A model generated the notes under the pieces. That model had not been told where the DNA came from. It made no database searches and worked only from the letters and a program-made list of their open reading frames with translations. A program made the position numbers and the translations under genes. From NCBI GenBank assembly GCA_051294905.1, contig CM119372.1, forward strand, positions 22,694,001-22,758,000: 64,000 bases of DNA, read 5' to 3'. Below are positions 1 to 13,400 of the stretch, piece after piece (the stretch's first letter is position 1; each line of letters opens with the position of its first letter). Origin of the DNA: Botryllus schlosseri. Its lineage: Eukaryota.

Positions 1-510
1 GACCATTTTAATGATGTGAGTCCTAAAGTATTAGCAATTATGAAGCGAAACTGTGTCATGTTTTTCCTAATAAAAAAATTAGATGATCAATCACTTTACA
101 AATTTTGCGGACCCCCTGAAAATGCTTCGCGGACCCCCCGGTTGAGAACCACTGCTCTAGAAACTAGCAGTTTTCTGCAGTTTTCCTTTCTGGAAGGTTT
201 TGATGCGACTCGCTGTCTGTTTATGGATTAGAAAATATTGTGAAAGTGATAAAAACTATTTTTGACATTATAATAACTACCGAGTTATGTAGCTCATATG
301 TCCAAAAAACTATATTATTGGGACCGTGCCTTCTCTCCTTTTTAGCGCTTCAATTGACAGTTGAGGATATTTTCGAAATCGTGTGAAATTTCTACGTTGG
401 TTATGCCGGCTCATATGCGCTATATCGTCACCCGCTAAACACATTGGTGTATGTTAGACTTGAAAGAGACTGCTTAACTCTCCCCATTCTTTTTAGTCTA
501 GAATCTAGGT

Positions 511-1209
511 CAGTGATTCCCAACCTCGGCTGCAATCTAACCTTCTTGTGGCTCTGATTGACCTCTGAATATGCAACAAAAATCTCATAGTCCGTTGTTT
601 GTTTCTATGAATAGTCAATTTCTGTATATGAATGCTAAGATAGGGGATATTAATTAGGACTAGAGCCGCCCAATGCCGCTTCTGAAAATGGGGAGAGCAT
701 TCTAGCATACTGGCGTCAAACGTATGGATGAATACCCGTCAGACAATGAAATATCTTGAGTTCTGGTGGTCATATACCTTTATAGATCGTCTCTGTCAAG
801 AGTAAATTTCGACACAATTTTACTGGCATCAAAGCAACGGCTCATAGTCCAGTATATATTGCAATATTACCAATATTACTCAGCATATAATCCCCCTCAA
901 ACTTGTGCATTAAGTGTTGGAATTGGAATGTATAAAGAGCTTTCATATAACGACACATACATAGTATGCTATTGTAATGATATGCATTTTCAGTTTATTT
1001 CAATGTATAGCACTCGCCAATCTGCGTCTATCAATGCTAAAACAACCGATACATAATATATATATAAGTCTATGCGTATAGTGCATGCTTTTGAATTAGC
1101 TGGATGGTGAGATCCAGCGGTAGTTTAGCTACCTTTAAATTTTCGTTCTACGTAGCCTACTAGAGTGTTTTCATGCGGCTCCGTCATCCAAAAAGGTTGA
1201 GAATCACTG
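511..1209. mobile_element. hAT (Charlie/Buster-like) MITE
   Basis: TIRs CAGTGATTCCCAACC / GGTTGAGAATCACTG; flanks atctaggt / aactagtt (6/8 match). Confidence 0.65.
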
Positions 1210-1335
1210 AACTAGTTCATACTTTACGTGCCTCAACTCGATAATTGTGTTCTCTGTAGTTGAGGATTTGTGATGTAATTGCATGCGAACTTTTCACACA
1301 AATTGATTAATGCCCAGTACAATATCTCTCTGCAG

Positions 1336-1487
1336 GGCCTTCATTATCTACACCAGCACGATAAGATTCATCGCGACATCAAAGCCGGCAACATTTTATT
1401 GACCGATTCCGGTTACGTGAAGCTTGCCGACTTTGGATCCGCGTCGGTATGCTCGCCCGCCAATTCGTTCGTCGGCACTCCATATTG
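1336..1487 (+). CDS. TAOK: TAO exon (catalytic loop, DFG, activation segment)
   Basis: tgcag|[28 protein letters not shown]|gtgag. Confidence 0.95.
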
Positions 1488-4400
1488 GTGAGATCTCGAT
1501 GGCGTGCTCGTTAGCTTTCGTTGCGCTGATGCTCAACATCTGTTCCAGGATGGCCCCCGAAGTTATACTTGCCATGGACGAGGGACAGTACGACGGCAAA
1601 GCCGATATTTGGTCGATGGGCATTGTATGTATTGAACTTGCCGAACGGAAACCGCCGTTATTTAATATGAACGCCATGTCGGCGTTGTATCATATCGCGC
1701 AAAACGACCCACCCACATTATCCGAAAACTTGTCCGACGGCGATAAGAAGATACCGACGAATTGGACACAAGCCTTTAAAGATTTTGTCGCACTGTTGCT
1801 TCATAAGGTCCCGGAGGACCGGCCAAACTCCAAGACTGTTTTAGAGGTGAGTCTTGCACAAACTACTGAATTTACAAAACGCAGAACTAGAACTGCTCAG
1901 TTTTCAAAATCCGCAACTGGAACTAGGTCTACTCCATTTTCAAAATACGTAACTAGCACTTGAACTACACACACACTATACTACTATACTACTATACACA
2001 GATGGGAAAAAAATTATTGTGATATATGGATCCGTTGTTCGGAGACCTCCGCCGTGTACGGACCTAGCCTAGTAGGTGATACATTGTAGTAGACCTGTAT
2101 GGCATTTGTAATAACAAAAACGAATATTATGACATTCAAATAAGTGCAAATGTTGGCACTTGTGACCACAAGAATTCAAATGTTTAAATTAGAACACAAG
2201 GTATGTAAATCGATAACGACACGGGCCGTGCAATGATGGACGAGGAGATTACAAAATATGACCCAACCCATGCTAGATATGAAGGGATCATGGCTTCTAC
2301 TGGATATTTTATCACGCCGATTTTCCAATTTGATTATCGTGGTCACTTCATTCATCAAGCAGCTGTTGTGCCCTACAAAGCTCTCCACAACTGACCAACA
2401 CCAAGCCAATCGCAGTTGAATAAATCACTATGATCCCGCAATTGACTGCTGAAATGTGTGTTCATTTATTGAATGCCACTACCAATGAAAGTGTTGCCTC
2501 TGCAAATAGCTACCAGTAATGCCTTGGACTGTGTGTGTTTCAACTTCTACCCTATCATCTGGTCGGCTAACATATCTTGGTTGTACGGTGGAGTACCTTT
2601 TCGTATGATGCCTAATGTTGAAGCTTTGTAATAAGTACTGTACCGGCGCAGTTTCTCGCTCCGAGAAAGACGCACTGTACTCGGTTAACCTTCACCCACC
2701 CCATCATGACGTTACACTCGTCTTAGTGAAAAAGTGAGATTGTCTCGAGTGATGTCGCTAGTGAATATTGTACGTGTAGCCTACGCTTAACAACCTTTGA
2801 AAGTCCACAACTAACTAGAACACAGCTAACTATATCAATGGTTCGTTACCTGCGTTCCCAGACGCTCAAGGCACAAGTGTTACATAGTGGTGTAACAAAT
2901 GTGTAGTGAGATGTGTAATGCAGTAGATTTTTGTTATGTGATTCGGTGAAAATTAGGGGTTCCCGAAAGCTTTGCAGATGTGCGTAGGGGTTCCCAGGTC
3001 GTTAAAGGTTAAGAATCTTACTGAACTAGATATAATTCTGCGATACAACATACAACATCTCAATTTTTATTTTATTGGAAATACCAGGGATAGATTCGAC
3101 ATTTCAAAAAGCCTGGGTTTTGACCCCGTAAACCCACCCACTGGCTATGCCAATGTTAGTACGGTAATGACGACTCTAAGCTCACAATGGCTACAAAAAC
3201 ATCACACAACAGAATACCCGTATCATGATTCATGCCAAATTTGATTTTTTAAATGTGCAACTACAACTAGAACTACCGACTTTTCAAAATCTGCAACCAG
3301 AGCCAGAACCAATCACTTTTCAAAATCCGTAACTGGAACTACTGAAAAGTTAGTTGACTACGGGCTTCGCCACCCCCGTGACTAGGCGTCTATGGTACAG
3401 GATCTTTACTTGCTCCGTAATGCTGTAATCTCTCGCAACCTCAAGAAAGGCTTGGTAAATTTGGATTCTATAATTTTTTCTCTGCGCCACACGGATATTT
3501 TACTTTGGTCAAGATGTAGATTCTTGCAATATATGATTTTATGGTTTCTTTGGTATTGATCAACTGCGATGTTGAAAGTGAGTAGGGCTGGGCACAATGA
3601 TTCGAGTACTCGAATCTGAATCGAGTATTAATTTTAGTGATTCGAGTCGAGTAGTAAAACACAATTTTTCCGAGTACTGAAATTATACGCTTCTCGCCAC
3701 TAAAAGTTAATTTATCAATGAGAATTATAGTTTCGATACTAATTTTCACTGTTGAAGCCTTGAAACCTTGATTGGGAATGATTGGCGGCATCGTAGCTTA
3801 CGAAACATATAGTACAAAGCTACGAAGGTTACTGGACGTAGCGCATTTCCGAAGTAATGATAATCCCACAACATTTTCACCAACTGGAATGAAATCGGTA
3901 TGGTCGAAAAAGTATCAGATTATCATTTAAGAGATCGATAACAGGCATTATATTCTTTGTGGTGGTAAAAACTGTACATATTTTAACTTTGACCTATTAC
4001 ATTCTGTTATGACATCATAATGGGTACGTGATTCAGAATCGAATCACTCTGGTACTCGATTTTGCCCAGCCCTAAAAGTGAGATGGTTTATATATAGGTT
4101 TTTCCTGTATAGAAGTTAGTACAGTCATCCCTGGTACAACCACTGTAGTTAGGCCGGAGTTTTATGATGGACGCCCTTCCTGCTATTAACGTACCCATAT
4201 TTCCGAGCTTAGGACCAGTGCTGGAATAGGTTTTGCTCGTTGGTGGCTCGGTTTCAAGGTGACAGGCCACAATGAGATTTGAACCCTGATCTGCACATTA
4301 CGAGACCAGTTGCTCTGACCACTGAGCTAAAGTTGCTGTCGTTACGAGTGATCGTATGAGATGTATTATTCCTCGGTTTGTTTTCATGTGATTCCGTCAT

Positions 4401-7400
4401 TAGTCCGCAAGTTAGGCCTACATTGGAAACCGATGTTGTAATTTTTCGTCTTCCTCCGTTTAGCAAACGTTCTTAACGCGCGAGAGAACGCAAACTTGTG
4501 TGTTGGATCTTATCGAACGGACCAAGAACGCCGTCAGAGAAATGGACAATCATCAGTATCGCAAAATGAAAAAGCTTCTGATCGGCGAAGGCATTACGAC
4601 ACCCAACGATCAAAATGTTCCATCCATCGCAAGTTCCAAAGACACTGACGATGATTTGGTGATTAAATCTGGTTCCGTCTCGCTATTGTGTCTGAGGCTG
4701 TGTGTATTGTATCTGTATGTATTTAGTTTGAATCTAAATCCCCATTGCTGCCCGATTATGGTCAATCAGTTTAGGTTGATCCACAAATCACCGATACATT
4801 CTGATGTCATCATGGAAAATGAGACAGTGACTGAAATTGCTTTTTCCCACCCAAGCTGTATTACAGACCCAATGCAGAACGTTGTCTGACATTGCCATAT
4901 TTGCTAATTGTATGCCTTCTGTGAAAGTATCCTTTGAATAGTTGAGTGATCTATTTATGGCTAGAGCGGCTATTGATCAAGTCTTCGCTCCGATGGTCAT
5001 TATTGTTGCTGTTGTGGGCACTAATTCATTGTGTCGTAAATGCAGATGGTGTGGTATGTTTTATCATTAAAGAGAACTTCTATTTATGAGCACTACAATT
5101 CTTTTGCCGTGCAGCATCGCACGCATGGAATTGTGAATTTCTAGATGTCACTCTGATATATATTTTGATACCATCAATCTGAGTTCTGACGGGTTTAAAC
5201 TATCGTTTGTTTACGGAATTTGTATTTATAGGAGTCTAATCAGACCGATTCCACAACGTCAGGTGCAAGTGGGTTTGCATCTATTGCCAGCAGCAGCAAA
5301 AGTAGCAGCATAAGTAGTTTCAATGAATCGGTACGTAACACTCATTATACCTACATTACAATACTAAATTAAAAGCATTCCTCCTCAAAAGCGTAATAGC
5401 GACTCGGAAAGCTTGGACGGGTCGAGCAGTGGGGTGTCCGAAGAAATCGGTTACACGACGTCTCAAATGCTAAAGACCAGGGCCGCGGTGAGCATATTTT
5501 AATTTCAATCCCTGTGCGGGTTACACGTGAATCAGTTCAATTTCCTACTCTTGTTTTTGCGTCGCCTTCTAATGTTGTAATTACGGCAAGACTGCACAGT
5601 AGGCCAGAAAAATGCTTTTTAGTAGTAATCAAACTGACTTTTTACCAGGATCTTACCTGATTAAGGGCGGCAGCTATCTTGCAATGAACATTGCTCGCCC
5701 CAGCATAATATGAAAGACTTATTTTCCTTATTCAAGCAATCTTCGAGGCAACTTAATTTCAGCTCATAGCGTTCATAATGTTCAAGGACTGATGAGCAAG
5801 GCAAAGTCCAGTCAGTGTTTTCATGCCGAATCGACCCTAATAACCATCCATCAACTACTAACTTTGACACTCATGCCGGAGGGGTCAAGAGGCTCTTCTA
5901 GCTATCTTGAGAAATTATGGATTGAAGGTTTTAACCTAGATAGACATCTTGAGGCTGCTCCTAATAGTCCCCTTTTCTTCATTGCTTACTGAGATTGGCA
6001 TCACATTTGAGGGTGTGCTCATCAGGCAAACCTTGTAGCAGTTTGAAGTCCACAATTGGCTCAACTGATTATAGTAATAGTCTACAGTCGACTGATCTTA
6101 TGTGTTTGAGCCATGTCGTCACAACGTACAATATGAATTCAATTACAATGTAAGCAACTAACTGGAAGGAATTTTTGCCTCTCTACTCTATGAAGCTTGG
6201 TAGATAAACTAAGTCTTATCTTTATTAAAGAAGTTAGGCGTTTGACTCTGATTAGTCATTTTCAGATCTGTTCGGAAAGCACCTTTGATAGTGTGATACT
6301 AAGTGCAAACCGACATCTGCTTCTGGTTGCAAAGTTTACTCTTGTCTTTCAAACCTTTTTGACTCATTAAAAGGTCTGTTTCTAGGTGCAGTCACACAAC
6401 CAGTTCATATGAAAAATGTCAGTACTTCACCTAGAAGACTGTTTTGAATGTCTTTATCAATTTCAAAGTTATTACTGTCAACTGTTTGCAGGTATTCCTG
6501 TTTAGCTAGCGTCATTCTAATGCTTGCTCCATTTTAATACACAAATAGGGATGGTGTGGTAAATATTTGATTTTGTATCGTGGTTTTAAAGGCTACATTC
6601 CAACGGACCTCTATTTGCTGCTCCCTATGTTTGCCAGCCACTATAACTCGACAGCAGGCGACTACATTTTTACTCGATAACAGAGACGATTATTAAATTT
6701 TATTGATTTTTAAATAACGCTGAAGGAGTAATAATGACCGCGGCTGTACAACTCGGTTACCTATTTGTATTGAGACGATGGGCCTTAAAGCTACTAAAAG
6801 TCGCGTTATATCTGGCCCACTTGTCAAAAAGGTCGCATAGCCCTGTCTCACAATACACAGTTGTTACATTTGAAAATCTCTAAATGTGTTGCCCTCGACA
6901 ACGATGATGGTGTTGTAGTCGATGGCGCTCTATAGAAATTATAGTACACCTCCAGTATTCAAATTGAAAGACTAGACTTAGCGTACAAGTAGCTTGCAAT
7001 TATTCAATAGAACATTCTATTATGTGCAGTGTATGAAAGAAATATGTATCCTATTTCAGATTGCCTGTAAATGTGTAATAAATAGAAAATAATCAAACAA
7101 ATGAAATTACATTGTCACGTTTTCAGACCACGTCTCCGAGCACGTCTCCAAGTGTGGCGCAACGAGTGGACGCCAAAGGTGCCCACGGCAGTCAGGGCTC
7201 ACCGCCATCAGCGCAGAGGCGGTTAAGGCCGTCACAGTCTCAAAAACAAAGAGATAGGCAAGTATCCCTTCATTGATCATTGTAGCGGATAATCGTATTT
7301 TCATGTGCCAGTTATCTCTGATCGCTTGTCGTTTTTATTGACATATCGGCCTACAGAGTCTTTTAAATCGCCCGTCTTTGTAGGTCAAAGTTCACATTGT

Positions 7401-10400
7401 GTCAGATATATGCTTTCGAAAACCGGATAATTTATGGAATCAGTCTCTTAGTGTTGGTTATGTGCGACAATTACCAGTTTTAATCCAATTGCGGACCCGT
7501 CCAGATGTAACGAAGTAAACTGTCTCCATAGATGATCCAGTTAACAATGGTATTTGCTTGTAAGCGATGTTGGTCTGTCTTTTTGGTCCAGATATTGTTA
7601 TTTTAATGGATGCTGCGTCTCAAAACATCGATTCCAGTGTCGGTGAACTGGGTATTGCCGTTTCGACGTTATATAGGCTGGATTAAATGGTTGATGTAGA
7701 TGCACCATTTCTGTATCCTGCAGTTATTACATTTGTTACTAGTTATCGACATTTTCATATTGACCACGGACGAAATCTATAAATCCATACCTACCATACT
7801 GCGGTTATCACTGCGTGACAATACAAGTATGCTAGTCATTGCAATAAGTCGAGGTTGGGTTATTATATTTTGCGATATGTAGCAGTTTCAGTATTAGAAC
7901 ACATGACCTTGTTACTTCTCTTGCATAAAATACTGCCTGTTCAAGTGTCCGGGCATATTGATCCATTTTCATTTTAATATGAATTTAGCCCGGGTTCTGG
8001 TCGCTCAGTTAAAATCGAGCATCTGCTGCGGCCAGTCAGTCGAGACTGTTTCCCGTCTGTGCTTTCTTTAGTTCTAAAATCGCAGTCATTTTGAGTTTTT
8101 TTCTCCGAATTTATCTTCTCGCCGTTCATAAAGAGATCTGTCGCAAATATTCTAGGAACTCTCCGGGAGTTTATAACTTCCGCAACAGTTTACCGCCGGA
8201 GTGTGTAAAACAGCGGGACGAACTCGTTAAAGGCGACACCGGGTATAAATTGATTTGGCGTTGATTTTGATAAAAAAAAAAAAATTTGTTTGCCTGCCCG
8301 AATCCGGATTATTTGATTCCGATAGTGTCGGTCGATTTGTCGACACGTGCATGGGATAATGCAGATTTTATTTTATCTCTTCATACGAAATTGTCTGCCG
8401 GCTGGATTCAGACCAATGAAACTTAGATACAAAAATCGCAATTCCTCTAATGATAGATGTGCATGTTTTCATTGTGTTGTTGCATATTTCGCGTGATTCG
8501 AATAATTTCGTAGTAGTGATTTTCAAATTGGTGTTAGGGAGATTGCACTGGGGTTTTCTGAAGATTTTCTTCCTCAGAGAAATCGATATCGAACCTAATA
8601 CAGTTTCGGGAATAGATTTCAAACCCATCAGCTTTCATCCTGAGTAGACTTTTATCGTTGGAAATTGGACTCCCGTCAGCAATCCTGTGGTCATCAAAGT
8701 ATCTGAGTTCAAGTTGATAATTATGTGATACATTTAATACTTTTATTTTCGGGATGAGAAAATTGTGTGTTCTTGATTTCGTTTTGGCAAGTTTGTCCAA
8801 GTTACGCTGTCGTCCAATTTATTTTATCGGTGTACTTGATACATTTCAATCTTCTTTTCTTCTTTCATTTGAACTGGTGGCATTGAATGCACTCAGTCAA
8901 TCCACCTTGTGTAGTGAATCTTCTGTTGTTTGTTTTTTTGTATAGAAAATAGAAATGCCTCTGTTGCCTGCGTGCTTATGGCACCGTATTACATCTCGAG
9001 ATATGTATGGTACATTTATCAATTTTAATTAAGACTTGTTATATCCAGTCACAGTCTTCCAGATTGACATCCAACGAATAGGGTGTCATCGATTTTCTGT
9101 TTGAACAATTTTGTATAGATATCGCTCGATTGTTGTAATCCTTCCTGTGTCCTAAGCGAAAATTTGGACGTAATTGCCCTTGCAAGTTCATTTTTACACA
9201 CTTGCCAATGCTCCAACATCCATTGTTTTGATTTAATATATTCAGACCCGTAGAATTTGTAATTGAAAAAATGTGAAGCTGCTGGTAGGTCTGGGCAAAA
9301 TCGAGCAACGACTGATTTGACTCTTCGTCGAGTATTAGCTTCTGAATCCTGAGGTCATAAGAGTATGATGATTTGTAAAGTTCACATACCGGTATGCACC
9401 TTTTATGAGATCACAAAGAAAATAATCCCACCCAGTGACCCAGTTGGACACCGTGTTGAAGATAATTTGGTATTTTTCGACTATATTTATTTCATTGCAC
9501 TATGTTTCCAGTCTCCCACAGAGAGAAGACAGTATCGACACTGTAATTCTCGTTGGTGATGTAACTCCTGCTTGACAAAAGATGTACAAAATCAGTATCA
9601 TCTCTGGCTGCTCCACTCGAATCGTTGCAATCATTTTGCCCAATCCTAGATGCTACCAAGCACTCTCACTGGGGCATCTGAAATCGACATGCATCAGTTA
9701 CCCACGCAATCGCTTTACATTGACACGATCCCATCTTAGATTCGCTACTATCCGATCAGCCCAAGTGGTTCACAAACAAATGTACGAGCACAACGAAGAC
9801 AATCGACACAGGGAGCTGATGATGGGATACAAGCGAATGCGACAGCAGCATCAAAAGCAACTGATCAATTTCGAACAGAAATTGAAAAACGAAATGGACG
9901 AATACAAGTAATTTTTTTACTCTTTTTCATTCAACTCTGCCGGGCTGTAAGCAGGGTTGCAAGATAACTCCGAGCCTTCACGGCCAAACACACCGATTTC
10001 TGCGGCCAATTAGGTTTCCATACGGCTGAGATCTAGTGCCTGCTTTGTCCTATGTATATCTAAAAGTAGTAGTAGTTGCATGTAAACTAATAACATGATA
10101 TAGCCTACCTAGTGGGCATCGTGCATATACACTACAATAGGTCAGAATTGCGTTTGAATATATGGTTACTCAGTTGTGTGATGGTAATCTTGCAATATAT
10201 TGCCCAGACGATTTGGCCGTTAAGCATGACAAACATAGTTTGACTGTTAAGGTACTTTTTTGTGGCCAGTGGGTCAATTTCACCAATTACGCAGTAAACA
10301 CGGCCCCTTGGCTGTAAGGGTGTGAAGTACTTTGCATATCATAGCGCAGACCGCGTTGCTGATCACAGATTAGGATTGGATTATGAACTTTTTAATTAAC

Positions 10401-13400
10401 GCTGATTTGGAGCCGCAGTCAAATATTACAGTGTTGCGTTGGGAAGAAGTTCACGTGTTAGTCATTCGTGTCTTGTGTCTTTTTAGTAGATTTGATTTCT
10501 ACTGCATGTCGCCGATATGCCGGTAAACGGTAAAACGGTGAACGGTAAAATCGTTGCCCCATTTTGATGGTTCGGCTCTGACCTGGATTTTTCAGCTCTC
10601 TGCTTATCTAAACTCGGACTGTGGTCGATAGTGGCCAATGTCTAATCGAATCTGGACTTGAATGATTTGTTGATCTGTTCGTAACTGACGCCAAGTCCAG
10701 CGGTGACGTAAAGGCTATATCAGTGGGTTCTCAGCCCTTTCTTGGGCGTGGCCCATTTTCCGGTCTCAAAATGTGCTGTGGCCCACCTCTTATCTTGAGG
10801 TCATAATCCTGTTCGATGCGTGGTAATCGACTGCGACGATATGCCTATTTCTCTAAAATTTGCGCATTTTTCTCATAATTTGCTGATGATATTTAACTGT
10901 AGACCATTCTGCCCATGAAATCGCGCGAGGCGTAACGAAAATTTCGAAGTTGAATAAATATCCCCCAACAAACGACCGACCAACCAAATAATCTTGGGCC
11001 CCTTCGAGCTTCCGCAATTGGGGGTTTGGGTGCAGCAGTTACGGCCCTGGTAGATCATAGGCTAAAACTCATCGTCCGCTGCTCCATTCGCGACGCGAAA
11101 CACAATGATCAAATCCACGCATCCCCTGTGTCATTGTGATTTTAGTTCCATTATTGTGGGGAATAATATATTCATTCTGGGTCAGCTTCAAACAATTCAT
11201 TGGTGAATTGGGTACTACAGAGAAGTGGAGAAAGATTTTTTGTATGCATGCTGTACAATTCACATTGTATGTCTTGTACCAAGCCAATTGAAGTTGCGAT
11301 GTCAGAATATTCAATCCAATGATACAATCAATTCATTCTTACATTATGTACAACGATTTCCAGGGCGGACATTTTAAACCGACTCCAAAGATTAATGTGC
11401 TCCGCTAAATCCTCAATCCATTACGATTCGTTGCGGTGGTGCAGTATACCTCCACCCAAAGTTGCTAATAATTTGCAGTTATAGCTATTTTTATCTTACA
11501 ATAATACGACTTGCCTGAGCACAGTAAATCTATGTATCAATTACACTTCATTCCGAGTTTATTGCACACCCCTTACAACGGCATACGACGTATGACCCCG
11601 CCGGAATACTTGGTTACTTCAGCATTACCTTCCAGTTATTATATACTCGAAATTATTTTAGTTGCTGTTAGCCGTAGGTTGTCATAGCCAGTGGAAAAAA
11701 CCGCCGTTTCTCCCTCCCGTTTTCGACTTGGACATGCTACTATGTCTCATCAGAGTCGGATGGAAAGCTGTACGTAGCCTACCTATAATAAGATAATATG
11801 AATATATTTTTAGCGATTAACATAACAAATATAACTAAACCTACATTAATTCAAAAATTTTCGAAATAGCTTTGTGGCCCACGTCGAATGCTCTTGTGGC
11901 CCACCCTTTGAGAAGCCCTGGGCTAAATGGACCAACATCAAATACCGCATGTTAAATCAGAGACGGCAAAAGTCAGTGTTTTGTTTTCAACACCTTCGAG
12001 CAGAGTCGAAAGTATTCCAAATTCGGCGCCACTTGCGTTGGCTGCCCTGGAGCACGCTAGCAAAGTAGACGTAATTTGGCTAGCCGTCTCTGATACAAGT
12101 GCTTGAATCTATTCCCCGTTGGTAGCATGCATGTTGATCTTTTGCAGCGTCAAGCTCGGGAAGGAGCTGGAGGGCTCGAGAAGCTCGTTCATACAAGAGC
12201 TGGAGCGTCTGATGAAGAAGCATCAGCAGGAACTGGAGAAGGAGACGAAACAGCAGCAGGGCGACGACCGCAAGTATCAGAAGCACATCGAGCAGATGCA
12301 AGACCAGGAGGTCAAGGTCTTCCTGCAGCAGCAAAAGCGAGAGTATAAGGAGAAGAAGGAACACCTCAAAGAGGTATTAGCGAAACACACGTTCGTATTG
12401 TCTAGTTCACGGGTGTTCAATCTTTTTGCTGTTCACGGGCGCGTTTCAATTACATATATAGCGTACGGCCGCATTCCAGCTGACAGTCGCACCGCGAAGA
12501 GACCATTGCGGTGCTCTGTGCCAGCACTGTTTTCTTGTGATGTACCTGGGCATAAAATTTTGTAATTGTAGAAGCAGGGCTTACTACTTATGTTATGAAA
12601 AGTTATTGAGATTTGTGTTCTGGTCACGCAAAAAGTTTTTCAAATTCATGAATGAATTTTGTAGATAATATTGGTTATATTGCTCAATGCACAATGCACA
12701 TATTACTGCCAAGTATTTATTGTTTCTCAGCCCACATTAACAAATTTTTGTTAGAGCTGATGGAGGGGATGTCTTCGAAAATTTGGGGCGTGTCAGTAAT
12801 GATGCTTCGGGTTATTATTAATCACTTAGTTGCGTCTCATCTATTCTTGACCTTCCATCAGGATTGTGGGTGTGCTCACAATAGGTATTGGAATCGCTCA
12901 AAAATACCGGAAAAACCTTCATTCGTGAGACGCACACGATAAGAAATTGGTATTTCTTTATGTGGCGCATCATGTTCCTGTGCAGCTCGCATAATACAGT
13001 GAGGCTGAGATTGCAATGATGCTACTACGCTAAAAACGAAAATCCATGTTTCCCTGAATCGCGCTGCGTGCGAATAAAATTAAGAAGTCAAAATCTCAAT
13101 CAAAACCTCTCCAAAATACGGAATCCAATTTGTTAATTCAAATCGGATGTTGACGGCCGCTAACACACCCTAAGTTGTGGTCTAGTTCATTCTACTTCAA
13201 GCTGTCTTTCATAGGTATACGTGCAGAGCCTTTAGAATTCAAAATGTAGAAAGGATTTTGCCACTATCGCATCATCACAAGTAAGCAGCGTTGTCGTGGT
13301 GTACAGCGAACGCGGGAAGATATGCTATTGTAGAACACTGTAAACCAACACGGCAATGGAACACTTCCCACGTTCACTCATTGTATATGAATCAAATGCA

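Noticed and set aside
1..1335. Upstream TAO kinase exons (e.g. WLVMEYC)
   Set aside because: No convincing match found; the region is mostly MITE sequence, so the N-lobe exons probably lie before the window.
3468..3791. Similar ORFs at 3468-3791 (-) and 21068-21523 (+) suggesting a gene family
   Set aside because: Both lie in copies of MITE family A; the similarity is non-coding repeat homology.
4265..4337. Functional tRNA-Thr gene (and tRNA-like segments near 40460-40536 and 53786-53850)
   Set aside because: Stems do not pair as a cloverleaf and each continues into a SINE body.
5640..6560. Gypsy-like pol relic ([16 protein letters not shown]) on the minus strand
   Set aside because: Too degraded; only one weak motif.
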